From NCBI GenBank assembly GCA_963744145.1, contig CAVUSO010000001.1, forward strand, positions 896,001 to 960,000: a stretch of 64,000 nt of DNA, read 5' to 3'. Numbering within the stretch: position 1 is the first letter of the stretch; each line of letters begins with the position of its first letter. Of this stretch, positions 51,487-62,491 are shown piece after piece. The position numbers and the translations under genes are program-made. The DNA is from an uncultured cyanobacterium. Its GTDB lineage: Bacteria; Cyanobacteriota; Cyanobacteriia; Cyanobacteriales; CAWUOF01. The notes under the pieces were generated by a model. That model did not search any database and was not told where the DNA came from. It saw only the letters and a list, made by a program, of their open reading frames with translations.

Positions 51487-52128
51487 ATGCAAACAACTGA
51501 TCTCCAAATCACTCAAATCCTCAATGACGATCAGCCGATCCAGAGAATTGCCTCAGTCAACCGAATTACTGGTGAAACTAATGTGCAAGTAATGCTTAAT
51601 CTTGATGGGACAGGAAAATGTCAGGTGGCTACAGGTATTCCCTTTTTAGACCATATGCTCCATCAGATTGCTTCCCATAGTCTGATTGATTTAGAAGTTC
51701 GGGCTCAAGGTGATTGGGAAATTGATGATCATCACACCAATGAAGATGTGGGGATTACTTTGGGACAGACTTTAGCCAAAGCTTTGGGCGATCGCCAAGG
51801 AATTGTCCGGTTTGGGAATTTTCTGGCACCTTTAGATGAAGCATTAATTCAAGTAGCTCTAGATTTTTCTGGTCGTCCTCATCTTAGTTATGGATTAGAA
51901 ATCCCCACTCAGCGCGTGGGAAATTATGATACTCAATTAGTACGTGAGTTTTTTGTGGCTTTAGTTAATCATAGTCACATGACTTTGCATATTCGTCAAT
52001 TAGCGGGGATTAATTCCCATCATATTATTGAAGCAACTTTTAAAGCTGTAGCGCGATCGCTACGGATAGCTGTGGAAATTGATCCGCGTCGTGCTAACTC
52101 CATTCCTAGTTCTAAAGGTGTATTGTAA
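51487..52128 (+). CDS. hisB: Imidazoleglycerol-phosphate dehydratase
   Basis: [29 protein letters not shown]. Confidence 0.97.
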   Translation: MQTTDLQITQILNDDQPIQRIASVNRITGETNVQVMLNLDGTGKCQVATGIPFLDHMLHQIASHSLIDLEVRAQGDWEIDDHHTNEDVGITLGQTLAKALGDRQGIVRFGNFLAPLDEALIQVALDFSGRPHLSYGLEIPTQRVGNYDTQLVREFFVALVNHSHMTLHIRQLAGINSHHIIEATFKAVARSLRIAVEIDPRRANSIPSSKGVL

Positions 52129-52328
52129 CTAGCAGTTAAGTGGTCGAGATCCTCACAATTTTGGGTCTCGACTGACCGGATCAGCGCATCTAAAATATCT
52201 CAAGCTTGAGGAGAAGATAAAATTTCGTTAACCTTTATTAACCATTTATTATTCTGGTTAAGTTAGTTTTTATTGGGAATTTGAGGAGCGATCGCCTTAA
52301 AATAATTAAATATTCGGATTAGATTATA

Positions 52329-52595
52329 AACCAATCCGGTTCAGTTAGCTGTAGGGGCAAAGCATTTCGGCGAATCAATGATGGCTTCAACGAAGAATAA
52401 TATGACCGAAATGCTTTGCCCTCACCATTTATGTAGCCAACAGATCAACTATATATCAATAGGATTCAGTTAAGGATATTTTTGGAGATCTCGGTGCAAA
52501 AGAAGGGTGAAGCATTCGGGTATAATATTGCTGGTTCGATCGCTAAATTGTCGCCCGAATGCTTCACCCCTACAGTTAACTGAACCGGATTGGTT
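52329..52595. mobile_element. Nested inverted-repeat element (MITE/REPIN-like, 267 bp)
   Basis: Long terminal inverted repeat AACCAATCCGGTTCAGTTA.CTGTAGGGG enclosing two hairpins (GGGCAAAGCATTTCGG and GGGTGAAGCATTCGGG). Confidence 0.8.
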
Positions 52596-52692
52596 GATCA
52601 ACTGGGAAAAGTTATTACTAAAAACTTTGGCTCAGAAACTTACTACAGAAATCCGATCGCCATAAAAAATATCTAAAAAATAAAATCTCAAT

Positions 52693-55476
52693 ATGTTAAA
52701 GACAAAATCTCCTCAAATCAATAAATCTGAGCCAGATCAAGTTGAGCGTCCCTCAGTTCCACTGAGGTTAATCCTGATTGCTCCCTTTGTAATGCAAATA
52801 TTTGCTGCGGTGGGATTAACTGGCTACCTGTCCTTTCGCAATGGTCAACAAACAGTTAATGATTTGATTCTCCAATTACAAACTGGAACATCAAACCATG
52901 TGCAACAATACCTGACTCAATATATGGCAAATCCCCGCAAAATTGATGAAATTAATGTTGATGCGTTTAATCATGGAGTGATCGCTTTAGATGATTTTCG
53001 GCGGATGGAACATATTTTTTGGAAGCAACTACAAGTTCATCAGGTTAGTTACGTTAACTATGGTAATCAAAAAGGTAAATATGTTGGAGTAGGCTATTAT
53101 GAAAAAGACCCAACTAAAATCACCATTGATACCTTTGATAAAACCAAGAGCAACAGAGCAGATAGATATCTTACTGATCAGCAGGGAAAGAGAATAAAAT
53201 TACTTTCTGACCATCCCCTATACGACTTTACAACGGAGGGCTGGTATGCAGATGGACTTAAAGCTGGTAAACCAGCATGGAGTAATATTTATATTTGGGA
53301 ATTTCCATTAAATATATCTATCTCTTGTAGCTATCCAGTTGTGGATAAAAAGGGTCATCTTGACGGAATTATGGGAGTAGACTTGGTCTTAAGTGATATT
53401 AGTTCCTTTCTTCGCAATTTAAAAATTAGTCCATCAGGACAAGCCTTTATTTTAGAACGCAATGGGCTAATTGTTGCTAGTTCTAAAATTGAACCATTTC
53501 AGAAAGTAGATCATAATTTGCAACGGTTAGCTGCCATTAATGCCAATGAGCCTTTGCTCAAACTAACCACTCAGAAATTATTAGAAAAATTTGGCAGTTT
53601 AGCAGAAATTAAGAATAATTCTCAATTTAACTTTGATATTAACAATGAACGTCAATTTGTCCAAGTAAATCCTTGGCGCGATGCGCTTGGTTTGGACTGG
53701 TTAATTGTAATAGTTATTCCTGAGTCAGATTTTATGGGACAAATTAATGCTAGCCAACGCACCACAATTCTTTTAATTATTGGAGCTTTAGGAATTGCAA
53801 TTATTCTTGGTATTTATACATCCCAATGGATTTTAAAACCGATCGCTCGCTTAAACAAAGCATCTCAAGAAATCACTAGAGGTAATCTTGACCAAAAAAT
53901 CCAACCGGAAAATATTAAAGAATTAGATCAGCTAGGACAAACTTTCAATGAAATGAGTCACCAACTCCAAGCTTCTTTCTATACCCTAGCCCAGACTAAT
54001 ACTGAACTAGAAAAACGAGTAGAAGAACGTACCGCTGAACTGAAACAAGCTAAACAATTAGCAGATAGTGCTAATCAAGCTAAAAGTGAATTTTTGGCTA
54101 ATATGAGTCATGAACTACGCACACCATTAAATGGTATTTTAGGTTATGCTCAAATTCTCGGACGCATGAAAGGACTTCCTGAAAAGGCCAGTAATGGAGT
54201 TAATATTATTCACCAATGTGGCTCACACCTACTAACCTTGATCAATGATATTCTTGACATTTCTAAAATTGAAGCCCGTAAACTAGAATTAGTACCCAAC
54301 TCGATCCATTTACCGTCTTTCTTGCAAGGTGTTGTAGAAATTTCCCAAATCCGCGCTCAACAAAAAGGTGTTGATTTTAAATATTTACCTGATCCGAATT
54401 TACCTAAGGGTATAATCGTTGATGAAAAGCGGTTGAGACAGGTATTAATTAATCTTTTAGGTAATGCGATTAAATTTACTGATCAAGGCAGTGTGATCCT
54501 AAAAGTTGAGCAATTAAACTCAAATACTAATCCAACTCTCTTCACTTACCTACGCTTTTCTGTTGTAGATACAGGTGTTGGTATTAGTAAGGAAGATATC
54601 CAGAAATTATTCCGGGCTTTTGAACAAGTGGGCGATCGCACTCGTCAATCTGAAGGGACGGGATTAGGATTGGCAATTAGTCAGCAAATTGTCCAAATGA
54701 TGGGAGGGCAAATTAAAGTTGAGAGTACCTTGGGAGTCGGGAGTAAATTCTTTTTTGAAGTCGAATTACCCTTAAATGAGGAATGGAGACAGCAATCAAC
54801 AAGTAATACAGGTAATATTATTAGCTATAATGGGGAGCCAAAAAAAATATTAGTAGTAGACGATCGCTGGGAAAATCGGTCAGTAATTGTCAATCTATTA
54901 GAACCCATTGGTTTTGTAGTTATGGTCGCTGAGAATGGAAAAGACGGTTTAGAGAAAATCAGAGAAAATCATCCAGATTTAGTCATTACAGATTTAGCTA
55001 TGCCCGTCATGGATGGGTTTGAGTTTCTTAAAACATTACGCAATGATGAAGCTTTAAAATATACAAAAGTTCTGGTTTCTTCAGCTTCAGTAGCGCAAGT
55101 AGATCAACAAATGAGCTTAGACGCGGGTGGTGATGACTTTCTCGCTAAACCAGTTAATGCCCAAGATTTATTTAATCTCTTAGCTAATCATTTAAAAATT
55201 ACTTGGAATTATGAAGAAGTAGAAACATTAAATCAACAAGAAATGGTATTTCCACCAACTATTGAACTTGAGCAAATCTATCAAGCTAGTCGAATTGGTG
55301 ATATGAATACGGTCATAAATGAAGTTCATCGGTTAGAGCAATTGACATCTGAATATCAACCTTTTGTTGCTCGTTTAATTGAGTTTGCCGATGAATTTGA
55401 TGATGCTGGTATTGTTAAATTCCTCGAACCAATTATGCGAATCGCAACTATTAAATCTGATCAGAATCTAGACTAA
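52693..55476 (+). CDS. Hybrid sensor histidine kinase (Cache-HAMP-HisKA-HATPase-REC)
   Basis: Two transmembrane helices around a periplasmic domain, [13 protein letters not shown], receiver VVDD...DLAMP...KP. Confidence 0.93.
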   Translation: MLKTKSPQINKSEPDQVERPSVPLRLILIAPFVMQIFAAVGLTGYLSFRNGQQTVNDLILQLQTGTSNHVQQYLTQYMANPRKIDEINVDAFNHGVIALDDFRRMEHIFWKQLQVHQVSYVNYGNQKGKYVGVGYYEKDPTKITIDTFDKTKSNRADRYLTDQQGKRIKLLSDHPLYDFTTEGWYADGLKAGKPAWSNIYIWEFPLNISISCSYPVVDKKGHLDGIMGVDLVLSDISSFLRNLKISPSGQAFILERNGLIVASSKIEPFQKVDHNLQRLAAINANEPLLKLTTQKLLEKFGSLAEIKNNSQFNFDINNERQFVQVNPWRDALGLDWLIVIVIPESDFMGQINASQRTTILLIIGALGIAIILGIYTSQWILKPIARLNKASQEITRGNLDQKIQPENIKELDQLGQTFNEMSHQLQASFYTLAQTNTELEKRVEERTAELKQAKQLADSANQAKSEFLANMSHELRTPLNGILGYAQILGRMKGLPEKASNGVNIIHQCGSHLLTLINDILDISKIEARKLELVPNSIHLPSFLQGVVEISQIRAQQKGVDFKYLPDPNLPKGIIVDEKRLRQVLINLLGNAIKFTDQGSVILKVEQLNSNTNPTLFTYLRFSVVDTGVGISKEDIQKLFRAFEQVGDRTRQSEGTGLGLAISQQIVQMMGGQIKVESTLGVGSKFFFEVELPLNEEWRQQSTSNTGNIISYNGEPKKILVVDDRWENRSVIVNLLEPIGFVVMVAENGKDGLEKIRENHPDLVITDLAMPVMDGFEFLKTLRNDEALKYTKVLVSSASVAQVDQQMSLDAGGDDFLAKPVNAQDLFNLLANHLKITWNYEEVETLNQQEMVFPPTIELEQIYQASRIGDMNTVINEVHRLEQLTSEYQPFVARLIEFADEFDDAGIVKFLEPIMRIATIKSDQNLD

Positions 55477-55491
55477 AGACTCCTGCTCGAC

Positions 55492-56427
55492 CTAACTGAA
55501 TAAACTATTTCTTTGTGATGAGATTTTTAAATTAATAATAGACCATCCAAAAATTAACAAAAATAATACTAATCCGATCGTACAAGCATAGCTCATTTCT
55601 AAATCTTTAAAAGCTTTTTCATAAAGATAATAAACGATAGTTTTAGAACTATTTAGCGGTCCTCCTTGAGTCATAATATAAACTTCTTCAAATACCTTAG
55701 TTGCTGAAATTGCCGAAATTACCCCTACCAATACTAAATAAGGTCTCATCATTGGTAAAGTTACATCCCAATGCTTCCGTAAACCTTCTACCCCATCAAG
55801 AGCCGCAGCCTCATATAAATCTACAGGAATCGATTGGAGTCCTGCTAAGTAAATCACCATATAATATCCCAATCCCTTCCAAATTGTTACTACCATGACA
55901 CTCATCAGAGCTAAATTAGGGCTGGTTAACCAAGGAATTCCCTCGGTCATAGTTCCGAAACTAAATATTTTTAACCCTTGATTTAGTAACCCATTTTCAG
56001 CGTAGAGCCATTTCCAGGCAATCCCCGCAACTACCATAGAAATTATGACTGGTGTATAATAAGCTGCCCGAAACCAGCGAATTCCTTTAAGTTTCTGATT
56101 GACCAAAATTGCCAATCCTAACGGTAGAAATACTAAAATTGGCACGACACCAATTAGGTAAAATAAAGTATTGCGGAGAGTTTGCCAAAAAACTGGGTCA
56201 GTCCATAACTTCTGAAAATTCTTTAACCCTATCCATTGGGGATTTTGTCCTAACCCAGCATAATCGGTAAAGGAAAGATAAAAAGCTTGGACCGTTGGCC
56301 AAAAAACCGTTAAGCTTAAAACTATTAAGGCTGGTAATAGGAATAGATAAGGGGTAATTTTGTCTTTAACCAATTTCCCATCTGGCAAGTTTGCTTTTTG
56401 CATATTCATAAATAATAAATTTTTCAA
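55492..56427 (-). CDS. Carbohydrate ABC transporter permease
   Basis: EAA motif LYEAAALDG, MTQGGP. Confidence 0.9.
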   Translation of the reverse strand: MKNLLFMNMQKANLPDGKLVKDKITPYLFLLPALIVLSLTVFWPTVQAFYLSFTDYAGLGQNPQWIGLKNFQKLWTDPVFWQTLRNTLFYLIGVVPILVFLPLGLAILVNQKLKGIRWFRAAYYTPVIISMVVAGIAWKWLYAENGLLNQGLKIFSFGTMTEGIPWLTSPNLALMSVMVVTIWKGLGYYMVIYLAGLQSIPVDLYEAAALDGVEGLRKHWDVTLPMMRPYLVLVGVISAISATKVFEEVYIMTQGGPLNSSKTIVYYLYEKAFKDLEMSYACTIGLVLFLLIFGWSIINLKISSQRNSLFS

Positions 56428-56491
56428 CTATAACATTTTTTTCCCTAGTTTGGTAAATAATAGCGTTATGGTAACTTCTACCTGAAAGATT

Positions 56492-56513
56492 AAGGGACTG
56501 AAGTCCCTACTAC
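56492..56513 (-). repeat. Single GTAG-type REP palindrome
   Basis: Minus strand reads GTAGTAGGGACTTCAGTCCCTT. Confidence 0.55.
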
Positions 56514-56527
56514 TAACCATATTTGGG

Positions 56528-57025
56528 CTAAGGTTGCTTTTGATCTTGTCCAAGCATCATATCCCGATCTAGAAATCTAGCTTCATGCTTTTCTGCTAAG
56601 TGTTTGAGTCGTTGAAGTTGAGATTTCATATCAGCTTTGGTGAAATTAGCTGCAAATAAATGGAAACCAAATCGAATCAGGGGGTTGGGAATAGTAAACT
56701 CAAAGCGATTAAGTAGATCAGTTCCCTGGGGTATGGGTTGACATTCCCAGCGATCGCGTCCCTGAAAAAAACCATCAAATTCCCAGACGATTAAACCTGG
56801 ACCTCGTTCCACCACGACATTTTCCAGAGTGGGGTATAACCAAGGGATTTGGATCACAAAACGACTAGGACTACCGATCGCGGTACTCCACTCACCCACA
56901 GGTTCACAACTTAATAGAGGATTCAACCAGCGGTGCATTAAATCAAGTTCCGTAATACAACGCTCTACTACTGGGACAGGGGCAGAAATTTGGATAACTT
57001 GTTCAAAAACTTGACTAGATGACAT
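56528..57025 (-). CDS. SRPBCC (START-like) family protein
   Basis: VFEQVIQISAP, MHRWLNP, GFFQGRDRWEC. Confidence 0.75.
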   Translation of the reverse strand: MSSSQVFEQVIQISAPVPVVERCITELDLMHRWLNPLLSCEPVGEWSTAIGSPSRFVIQIPWLYPTLENVVVERGPGLIVWEFDGFFQGRDRWECQPIPQGTDLLNRFEFTIPNPLIRFGFHLFAANFTKADMKSQLQRLKHLAEKHEARFLDRDMMLGQDQKQP

Positions 57026-57247
57026 TTGTCCCCCAAACTAAAGGGCCTAAGTATCTCGGCAAAATCTCAAAAACCTTTAAGAAAATTTAGTTGGTATTTT
57101 TATCTTTTTCTGTCATGATTTTCGTAGCTGTAAAGAACTTAAATTGCACATTCTAATTAGGTTTTTGATGATTGTTTTGAGAATCAAACGCTAATCAACA
57201 ACTGTAACTTAATTCTGAACGGCTTTCTTCGGAAAATCCCCAATTCA

Positions 57248-58948
57248 TTGGAGGAAACCATGACTGAATACTGGCAAGAGATTACTCATACAGTGGTTGG
57301 TTTACCCATTATATCACTCACTGATATAATGGCGCAAAATCCACCGCCACCTAATCAAGGTCCAAATGTTTTGCAGAGCTTAATCAACGGTCCGGTTGGT
57401 CAATCTTTGATGAACCTAGCAATGGCAGTAGTCATCCTTGTGGTTGGTTGGTTAATAGCAACAATCATTGCTGCTGTGATCGGTCGATTACTAAATAGTA
57501 CCAGCTTAGATAATAAATTGGCGACATGGATTACAGGTCGTCCGTCCGGTGCAGAATCACCCCCAGTTGAAAAATGGATTACATCAGGGATATTCTGGAT
57601 CGTGATGATCTTTGTGTTGGTAGCCTTTTTTAACCAACTCAATCTGACGGCTGTTTCTACACCTCTAAATAGCTTTCTGAATCAAGTTACCTCATTTTTA
57701 CCTAGATTAGGTCTAGGTTTAATCTTGCTGGCAGGGGCTTGGATTTTAGCTACTGTCTCAAAAATGGTGGTAACGCGCTCACTCCAAGCCCTAAAAGTTG
57801 ACGAACATTTGGGACAGCAAGTGGGAGGGACAAGGACAACAGAGTCAAATCAGTTGGTGATTAGTGACACTTTAGCTAATACTCTGTTTTGGTTTATCTT
57901 GTTACTGTTTCTCCCATCAATTTTAGAGACGTTAGGGTTACAGCAAGCCTTAGTTCCAGTCCAGAATTTATTAGACCAAATTCTGGCGGCTCTACCGAAA
58001 ATCCTCAAAGCAGTAATTATTGGTGCTACTGGTTGGTTGCTAGCTCAGGTAGTACGTCGGATTGTCTCCAATCTTTTGCAAGCTACGGGTACAGATCGTC
58101 TTGGCTCTCAGTTTGGGATTACTGGGACTAATAACACCCAATCCCTGTCTGGGCTAATTGGCACGGTGGTTTATGTGCTAATTTTGATTCCGACAGCGAT
58201 CGCGGCTCTTAATGCTTTGGAAATCGAGGCAATTTCGACTCCAGCGATCGGGATGCTGACTCAAGTCCTGAACGTTATCCCCCAAGTGTTCACCGCTGGA
58301 TTCATTTTAGGAGTTGCTTATTTTATCGGGCGTTTTGTCGCTGATTTAGTTACCAATATCTTAACTGGTTTTGGCTTTAACAATCTGTTCTATTGGTTAG
58401 GTTTGCAATCAAAACCTCCAGCAGCAACTCAAACAACAACTTCAGATGTCAGGGATGAGCAAGCGACGGTCCTGCAACCGTCACCAGAATCAGCAAAAAC
58501 CCCTTCAGAAATTGTTGGGTTGATTGCCCAAATCGCCATTATCCTCTTTGCTACAGTCGCAGCTACGAATATTCTGAATATTCAAGCTTTGACAGCAATT
58601 GTCACGGGTATTGTAATTGTAGCTGGTCAGATTCTAGCCGGATTAATCGTATTTGCCATTGGGTTATATTTGGCTAATTTGGCGTTTAAACTGATTAGTT
58701 CGGCTGGCGATCGCCAAGCCAGGATTCTAGCTCAGACAGCGCGAATTGCGATTATTACTCTTGTTTCAGCCATGGCTCTGCAACAAATGGGTATTGCTAG
58801 CAATATTGTCAATTTAGCTTTTGGCTTGTTGTTAGGTGCGATCGCGGTGGCTATTGCGATCGCTTTTGGTTTAGGTGGTCGTGATATTGCGTCTGAACAA
58901 ATTCGGGAATGGTTAGATACCTTTAAGCAACCAAAATCACCTCAATAG
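57248..58948 (+). CDS. TM-helix repeat membrane protein (MscS-associated, CmpX-like)
   Basis: Repeated LP.L..A..IL..GW.IA units; C-terminal AFGLGGRD. Confidence 0.8.
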   Translation: MEETMTEYWQEITHTVVGLPIISLTDIMAQNPPPPNQGPNVLQSLINGPVGQSLMNLAMAVVILVVGWLIATIIAAVIGRLLNSTSLDNKLATWITGRPSGAESPPVEKWITSGIFWIVMIFVLVAFFNQLNLTAVSTPLNSFLNQVTSFLPRLGLGLILLAGAWILATVSKMVVTRSLQALKVDEHLGQQVGGTRTTESNQLVISDTLANTLFWFILLLFLPSILETLGLQQALVPVQNLLDQILAALPKILKAVIIGATGWLLAQVVRRIVSNLLQATGTDRLGSQFGITGTNNTQSLSGLIGTVVYVLILIPTAIAALNALEIEAISTPAIGMLTQVLNVIPQVFTAGFILGVAYFIGRFVADLVTNILTGFGFNNLFYWLGLQSKPPAATQTTTSDVRDEQATVLQPSPESAKTPSEIVGLIAQIAIILFATVAATNILNIQALTAIVTGIVIVAGQILAGLIVFAIGLYLANLAFKLISSAGDRQARILAQTARIAIITLVSAMALQQMGIASNIVNLAFGLLLGAIAVAIAIAFGLGGRDIASEQIREWLDTFKQPKSPQ

Positions 58949-58973
58949 AGTGATTCATTACTAGATTCAATGG

Positions 58974-59001
58974 AAAAGCTACCAATCTGGTAGCTTTTTT
59001 T
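58974..59001. terminator. Bidirectional terminator between convergent genes
   Basis: AAAAGCTACCA-atc-TGGTAGCTTTTTTT. Confidence 0.75.
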
Positions 59002-59023
59002 CACTAGGGAGTCAAAATAGTGA

Positions 59024-59740
59024 CTAAGGTATCCATTCCAGTGCAATACCAACCCGATGATCGTGATTTTCTCTAGCATTTTGCGCTTGCAGATCTGTAG
59101 AAATTCGGAGGTTATGGGTGAAAGCATAACCAATGGAAAGAGTCGTGAGACTTACTTCTGTATTAGTGGTAGGTGTGATCCAACTTTGGGTAAAAGCGAT
59201 ATCAGCAGCACCACCACGAGACAAAACGAATAATACGCGCACACCCGAATTAAGCCCACTGCTAGAATAGTGGTCTGTTTCTAAATACCGATAACCTAAA
59301 ACTGGAGCGATGTTAATATAACTACCTAAAGGACGGAGGTAGTAACGTAAATCTGCTCCCCCACTGTGGCGATCGCCGTGAACAGATATTTGATAATCTC
59401 CACCTACCGTCAAACCTGTACGTCCAATGAACTGATCTTCAATCCCAATACTCCATCCACCGACTTGATGAGCAGAGGGAAACGGAGCAGATCCGAAACG
59501 AACCAGGGTGGAAAAACTGGGGTCATTTTTAATTTCTTCTAAAACATTAGGAACTTGACGTTGCCAACGCTGCAATACTGGACTATTTTTAATGACTTCT
59601 GGGTTTAAATCTAAGTAATCAGCCGGAGTAGAGTTACTTGGTGTTGGACTTGGGAGAGGTTCGCTATAACCCGCGGTAACCATACTCAATAACAAGCTTA
59701 TACTCAATCCTAAACATTCCCACCAATACCATGTCAACAT
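59024..59740 (-). CDS. Conserved exported hypothetical protein, probable outer-membrane beta-barrel
   Basis: Signal-like N-terminus, SPVLQRW..VPNVL, alternating beta-strands, C-terminal LEW. Confidence 0.65.
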   Translation of the reverse strand: MLTWYWWECLGLSISLLLSMVTAGYSEPLPSPTPSNSTPADYLDLNPEVIKNSPVLQRWQRQVPNVLEEIKNDPSFSTLVRFGSAPFPSAHQVGGWSIGIEDQFIGRTGLTVGGDYQISVHGDRHSGGADLRYYLRPLGSYINIAPVLGYRYLETDHYSSSGLNSGVRVLFVLSRGGAADIAFTQSWITPTTNTEVSLTTLSIGYAFTHNLRISTDLQAQNARENHDHRVGIALEWIP

Positions 59741-59868
59741 ATATAATAGCTAATGAGTCAGGAAAAAAGCAAGTTTTCATTATACAATTAGCTATCTATG
59801 ACCTGTTTGATCGACTACAAGATAGTCCTAATTGAAATAACTTTATAATATATTAAGAATCTTAATAC

Positions 59869-62049
59869 ATGACGAATATTAATGACCAAAACACAACCAG
59901 TCGGATTTTTACCCAGGGGACTTTACTAAATCGGATGACCCATCGGATTAGACAATCTCTGGAGTTAGATGAAATATTGTCTACCACAGTAGCAGAAGTG
60001 CGAGCATTTTTGCAGACAGATCGAATCAAAATTTATCGATTTGACCAAGATGCGACTGGGGAAGTGATTGCGGAGTCAGTTGATCACAAACGATTACCGT
60101 CGTTATTGGGTCTGCATTTTCCGGCTGGAGATATCCCTCCTCAGATCCGAGAAATGTATGTAAAAGCACGTCAGCGAAGTATTGTAAATGTGGCTACCCA
60201 ACAAATGATCTTAAGTCGGCTCGATAGTTCCGAAACCTCCCTAGCACTGACGGTAGAAGAAGTACAGCAAACACCAATCCAGGATATTTTGACTCGACCG
60301 GTTGATCCTTGTCATCTCCAATACCTCCAAACGATGGGAGTACAGTCGAGTTTGGTGGTGCCAATTATCGATCATGTTCAGGCTTGGGGATTGTTAATTT
60401 CTCATCATGCCCAACCTAAAGACTTTAGTGAGGAAGATTTACAAATTGTGCAAATGGTAGCCGATCAGGTTTCTATTGCGATCGCCCAGTCTAATTTGCT
60501 CAATCAAACTCGAGCCAGAGCATCAAGAGAGGCTCTAATCAATCAAATTTCTACTCTTCTGCACGCACCATTAACTATTAAAAAAATTCTCCAAGGTGTT
60601 TTGAAAAAAGTTGTTAATGCTGTAGATGGTGCTGGGGGGAGACTTTATTTAGTCCCGGTGGAAAATAATACTTCTGCCGAACTTTATACCTATGGAATTC
60701 AACCCGATCTACAAGCAAATAAGGATAACTTGACCTTATTAGAAGACTGGCCATATTGGCAAAATTTAATTCGATATTCTGGAGAATTAGAAGGAGCAGA
60801 TAATTTTTATTTAGCGGATAATAATCCTTGGGAAAATTATCAAATTAGCGATGATAGAAGCCAAATTTTTTACCATCAAACCGGTACTCAAATCCAGGTA
60901 ATTAATGACATTTACCAAAACCCACAGTTAGAATCCATTGCTTTTGCATTTCGGGTTACTCCGTTGCGGAGTCTAATCGCAATGCCATTAAAATATAGCC
61001 AACATTCATTTGGTTGTTTGACGATCTTCCATTCCGAAATAAATACTGATATAATTTGGGCGGGCAGATTTGATCCAGACGAGCGCCAGCAAAGAGTTCG
61101 TCAATCTTTCCAAGCATGGCAAGAATTAAAATTTGGTCAAGCTCGTCCTTGGACTCTTGATGAAATTGAACTGGTTCAAGCTATTGGGACTCATCTTTCA
61201 ATGGCCGTAATGCAAAATCGACTTTATCAATGGGAAAGAGAACATCGAATGTTGATAGAAATGCGTAATCAAGAACTAAATTTGGCTCGCTCTGCTGCCC
61301 AGGAAGCTAGTCGTTTGAAATCAGATTTTCTCTCCTCAACTAGCCACGAATTACGTACTCCTCTAACTTCGACGATTAATTATTTAAAATTGCTCAAAGA
61401 AAAATTTTATGATAACGAAGAAGAATTAGCAGAATATATTAACATTGCCTATCAGTCAGCGGAACATCTAGTGGCGATTCTCAATGATATTTTAGACATT
61501 GCTAAAATTGAAGCTGGTCCGATGATGGTCAACATAGAGCTGATTGAAATTAAGCCATTTTTAGAAAACCAATGTCAACTATTTAATCTTGAAAGTCGTC
61601 GTAAGGGGATTAATTTAAAGATTGAATGTGAAGTTGAAAGAGTTTGGGCGGATGAAATTAAATTAACACAGATTTTGTTGAATTTACTTGCTAACGCTTT
61701 TAAATTTACTAGCCAAGGGTCTGTACGACTTAGAGTAATTCAACGACCGATTTCTCCTGAGTCTCCTGAAAAATTAGTCGTAGAGATTTCAATTACCGAT
61801 ACAGGAATTGGGATTGATCCGGATCAAAAAGATAAACTATTTGAAGCATTTGTTCAAGGAGATGGCTCAATTAAAAGACGCTATGGTGGTACAGGTTTGG
61901 GTTTAACTATCTGTAAACGTCTGATTGAACTCATGGGGGGTCGGATTTGGCTGGATAGTCCTGGTAAAAATCAGGGTACTACAGTTACTTTCACTTTACC
62001 ATGTCAAGATCATCAAGAAAATTTAGAGTTCTCTAGTAAATTTGCTTAG
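59869..62049 (+). CDS. Knotless phytochrome (Cph2-type GAF-PHY) histidine kinase
   Basis: LHFPAGDIP, bilin-binding VDPCH, tongue WAG...[17 protein letters not shown] kinase core. Confidence 0.85.
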   Translation: MTNINDQNTTSRIFTQGTLLNRMTHRIRQSLELDEILSTTVAEVRAFLQTDRIKIYRFDQDATGEVIAESVDHKRLPSLLGLHFPAGDIPPQIREMYVKARQRSIVNVATQQMILSRLDSSETSLALTVEEVQQTPIQDILTRPVDPCHLQYLQTMGVQSSLVVPIIDHVQAWGLLISHHAQPKDFSEEDLQIVQMVADQVSIAIAQSNLLNQTRARASREALINQISTLLHAPLTIKKILQGVLKKVVNAVDGAGGRLYLVPVENNTSAELYTYGIQPDLQANKDNLTLLEDWPYWQNLIRYSGELEGADNFYLADNNPWENYQISDDRSQIFYHQTGTQIQVINDIYQNPQLESIAFAFRVTPLRSLIAMPLKYSQHSFGCLTIFHSEINTDIIWAGRFDPDERQQRVRQSFQAWQELKFGQARPWTLDEIELVQAIGTHLSMAVMQNRLYQWEREHRMLIEMRNQELNLARSAAQEASRLKSDFLSSTSHELRTPLTSTINYLKLLKEKFYDNEEELAEYINIAYQSAEHLVAILNDILDIAKIEAGPMMVNIELIEIKPFLENQCQLFNLESRRKGINLKIECEVERVWADEIKLTQILLNLLANAFKFTSQGSVRLRVIQRPISPESPEKLVVEISITDTGIGIDPDQKDKLFEAFVQGDGSIKRRYGGTGLGLTICKRLIELMGGRIWLDSPGKNQGTTVTFTLPCQDHQENLEFSSKFA

Positions 62050-62466
62050 GTGGTAAACTTGAAAATATTATTAGTAGATGATGATTATATTCTCGCTCGG
62101 GGAACCGCCAAACTAATTGAGCGTCTGGGAGGTTACAAAGTTCATATTACTGATGAACCAGGAGAAATTTTCCGTCAATGTCAATCAGGAGAGATTGATT
62201 TGGTGATGATGGATGTCAATTTACCTGGGGCAACCTGGGATGAGCAAGAAGTTAGTGGTGTGGATTTATGTTTGCTGTTGAAAACTCAATCAGATACTGC
62301 TCATATTCCGATTATTTTACTCACTGCTTATGCCATGTATAATGAAAAAAAAGATGTTTTAGCAACTTCTAGAGCAGATGAGTTTTGCAGTAAACCGATT
62401 ACAGATTATCCTAAGTTAATTCAATTGATTACTGATGTCGTTGAAAAAAGTAAAAGTCAGCTCTAG
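62050..62466 (+). CDS. Single-domain response regulator
   Basis: LLVDDD, MMDVNLP, LTA, KP; directly abuts the kinase stop. Confidence 0.9.
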   Translation: MVNLKILLVDDDYILARGTAKLIERLGGYKVHITDEPGEIFRQCQSGEIDLVMMDVNLPGATWDEQEVSGVDLCLLLKTQSDTAHIPIILLTAYAMYNEKKDVLATSRADEFCSKPITDYPKLIQLITDVVEKSKSQL

Positions 62467-62491
62467 GTCAATTAGGTGTCCTAACGGAAGT

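Noticed and set aside
59869..62049. Circadian kinase CikA
   Set aside because: It has phytochrome DIP/PCH and tongue motifs and no C-terminal pseudo-receiver domain.
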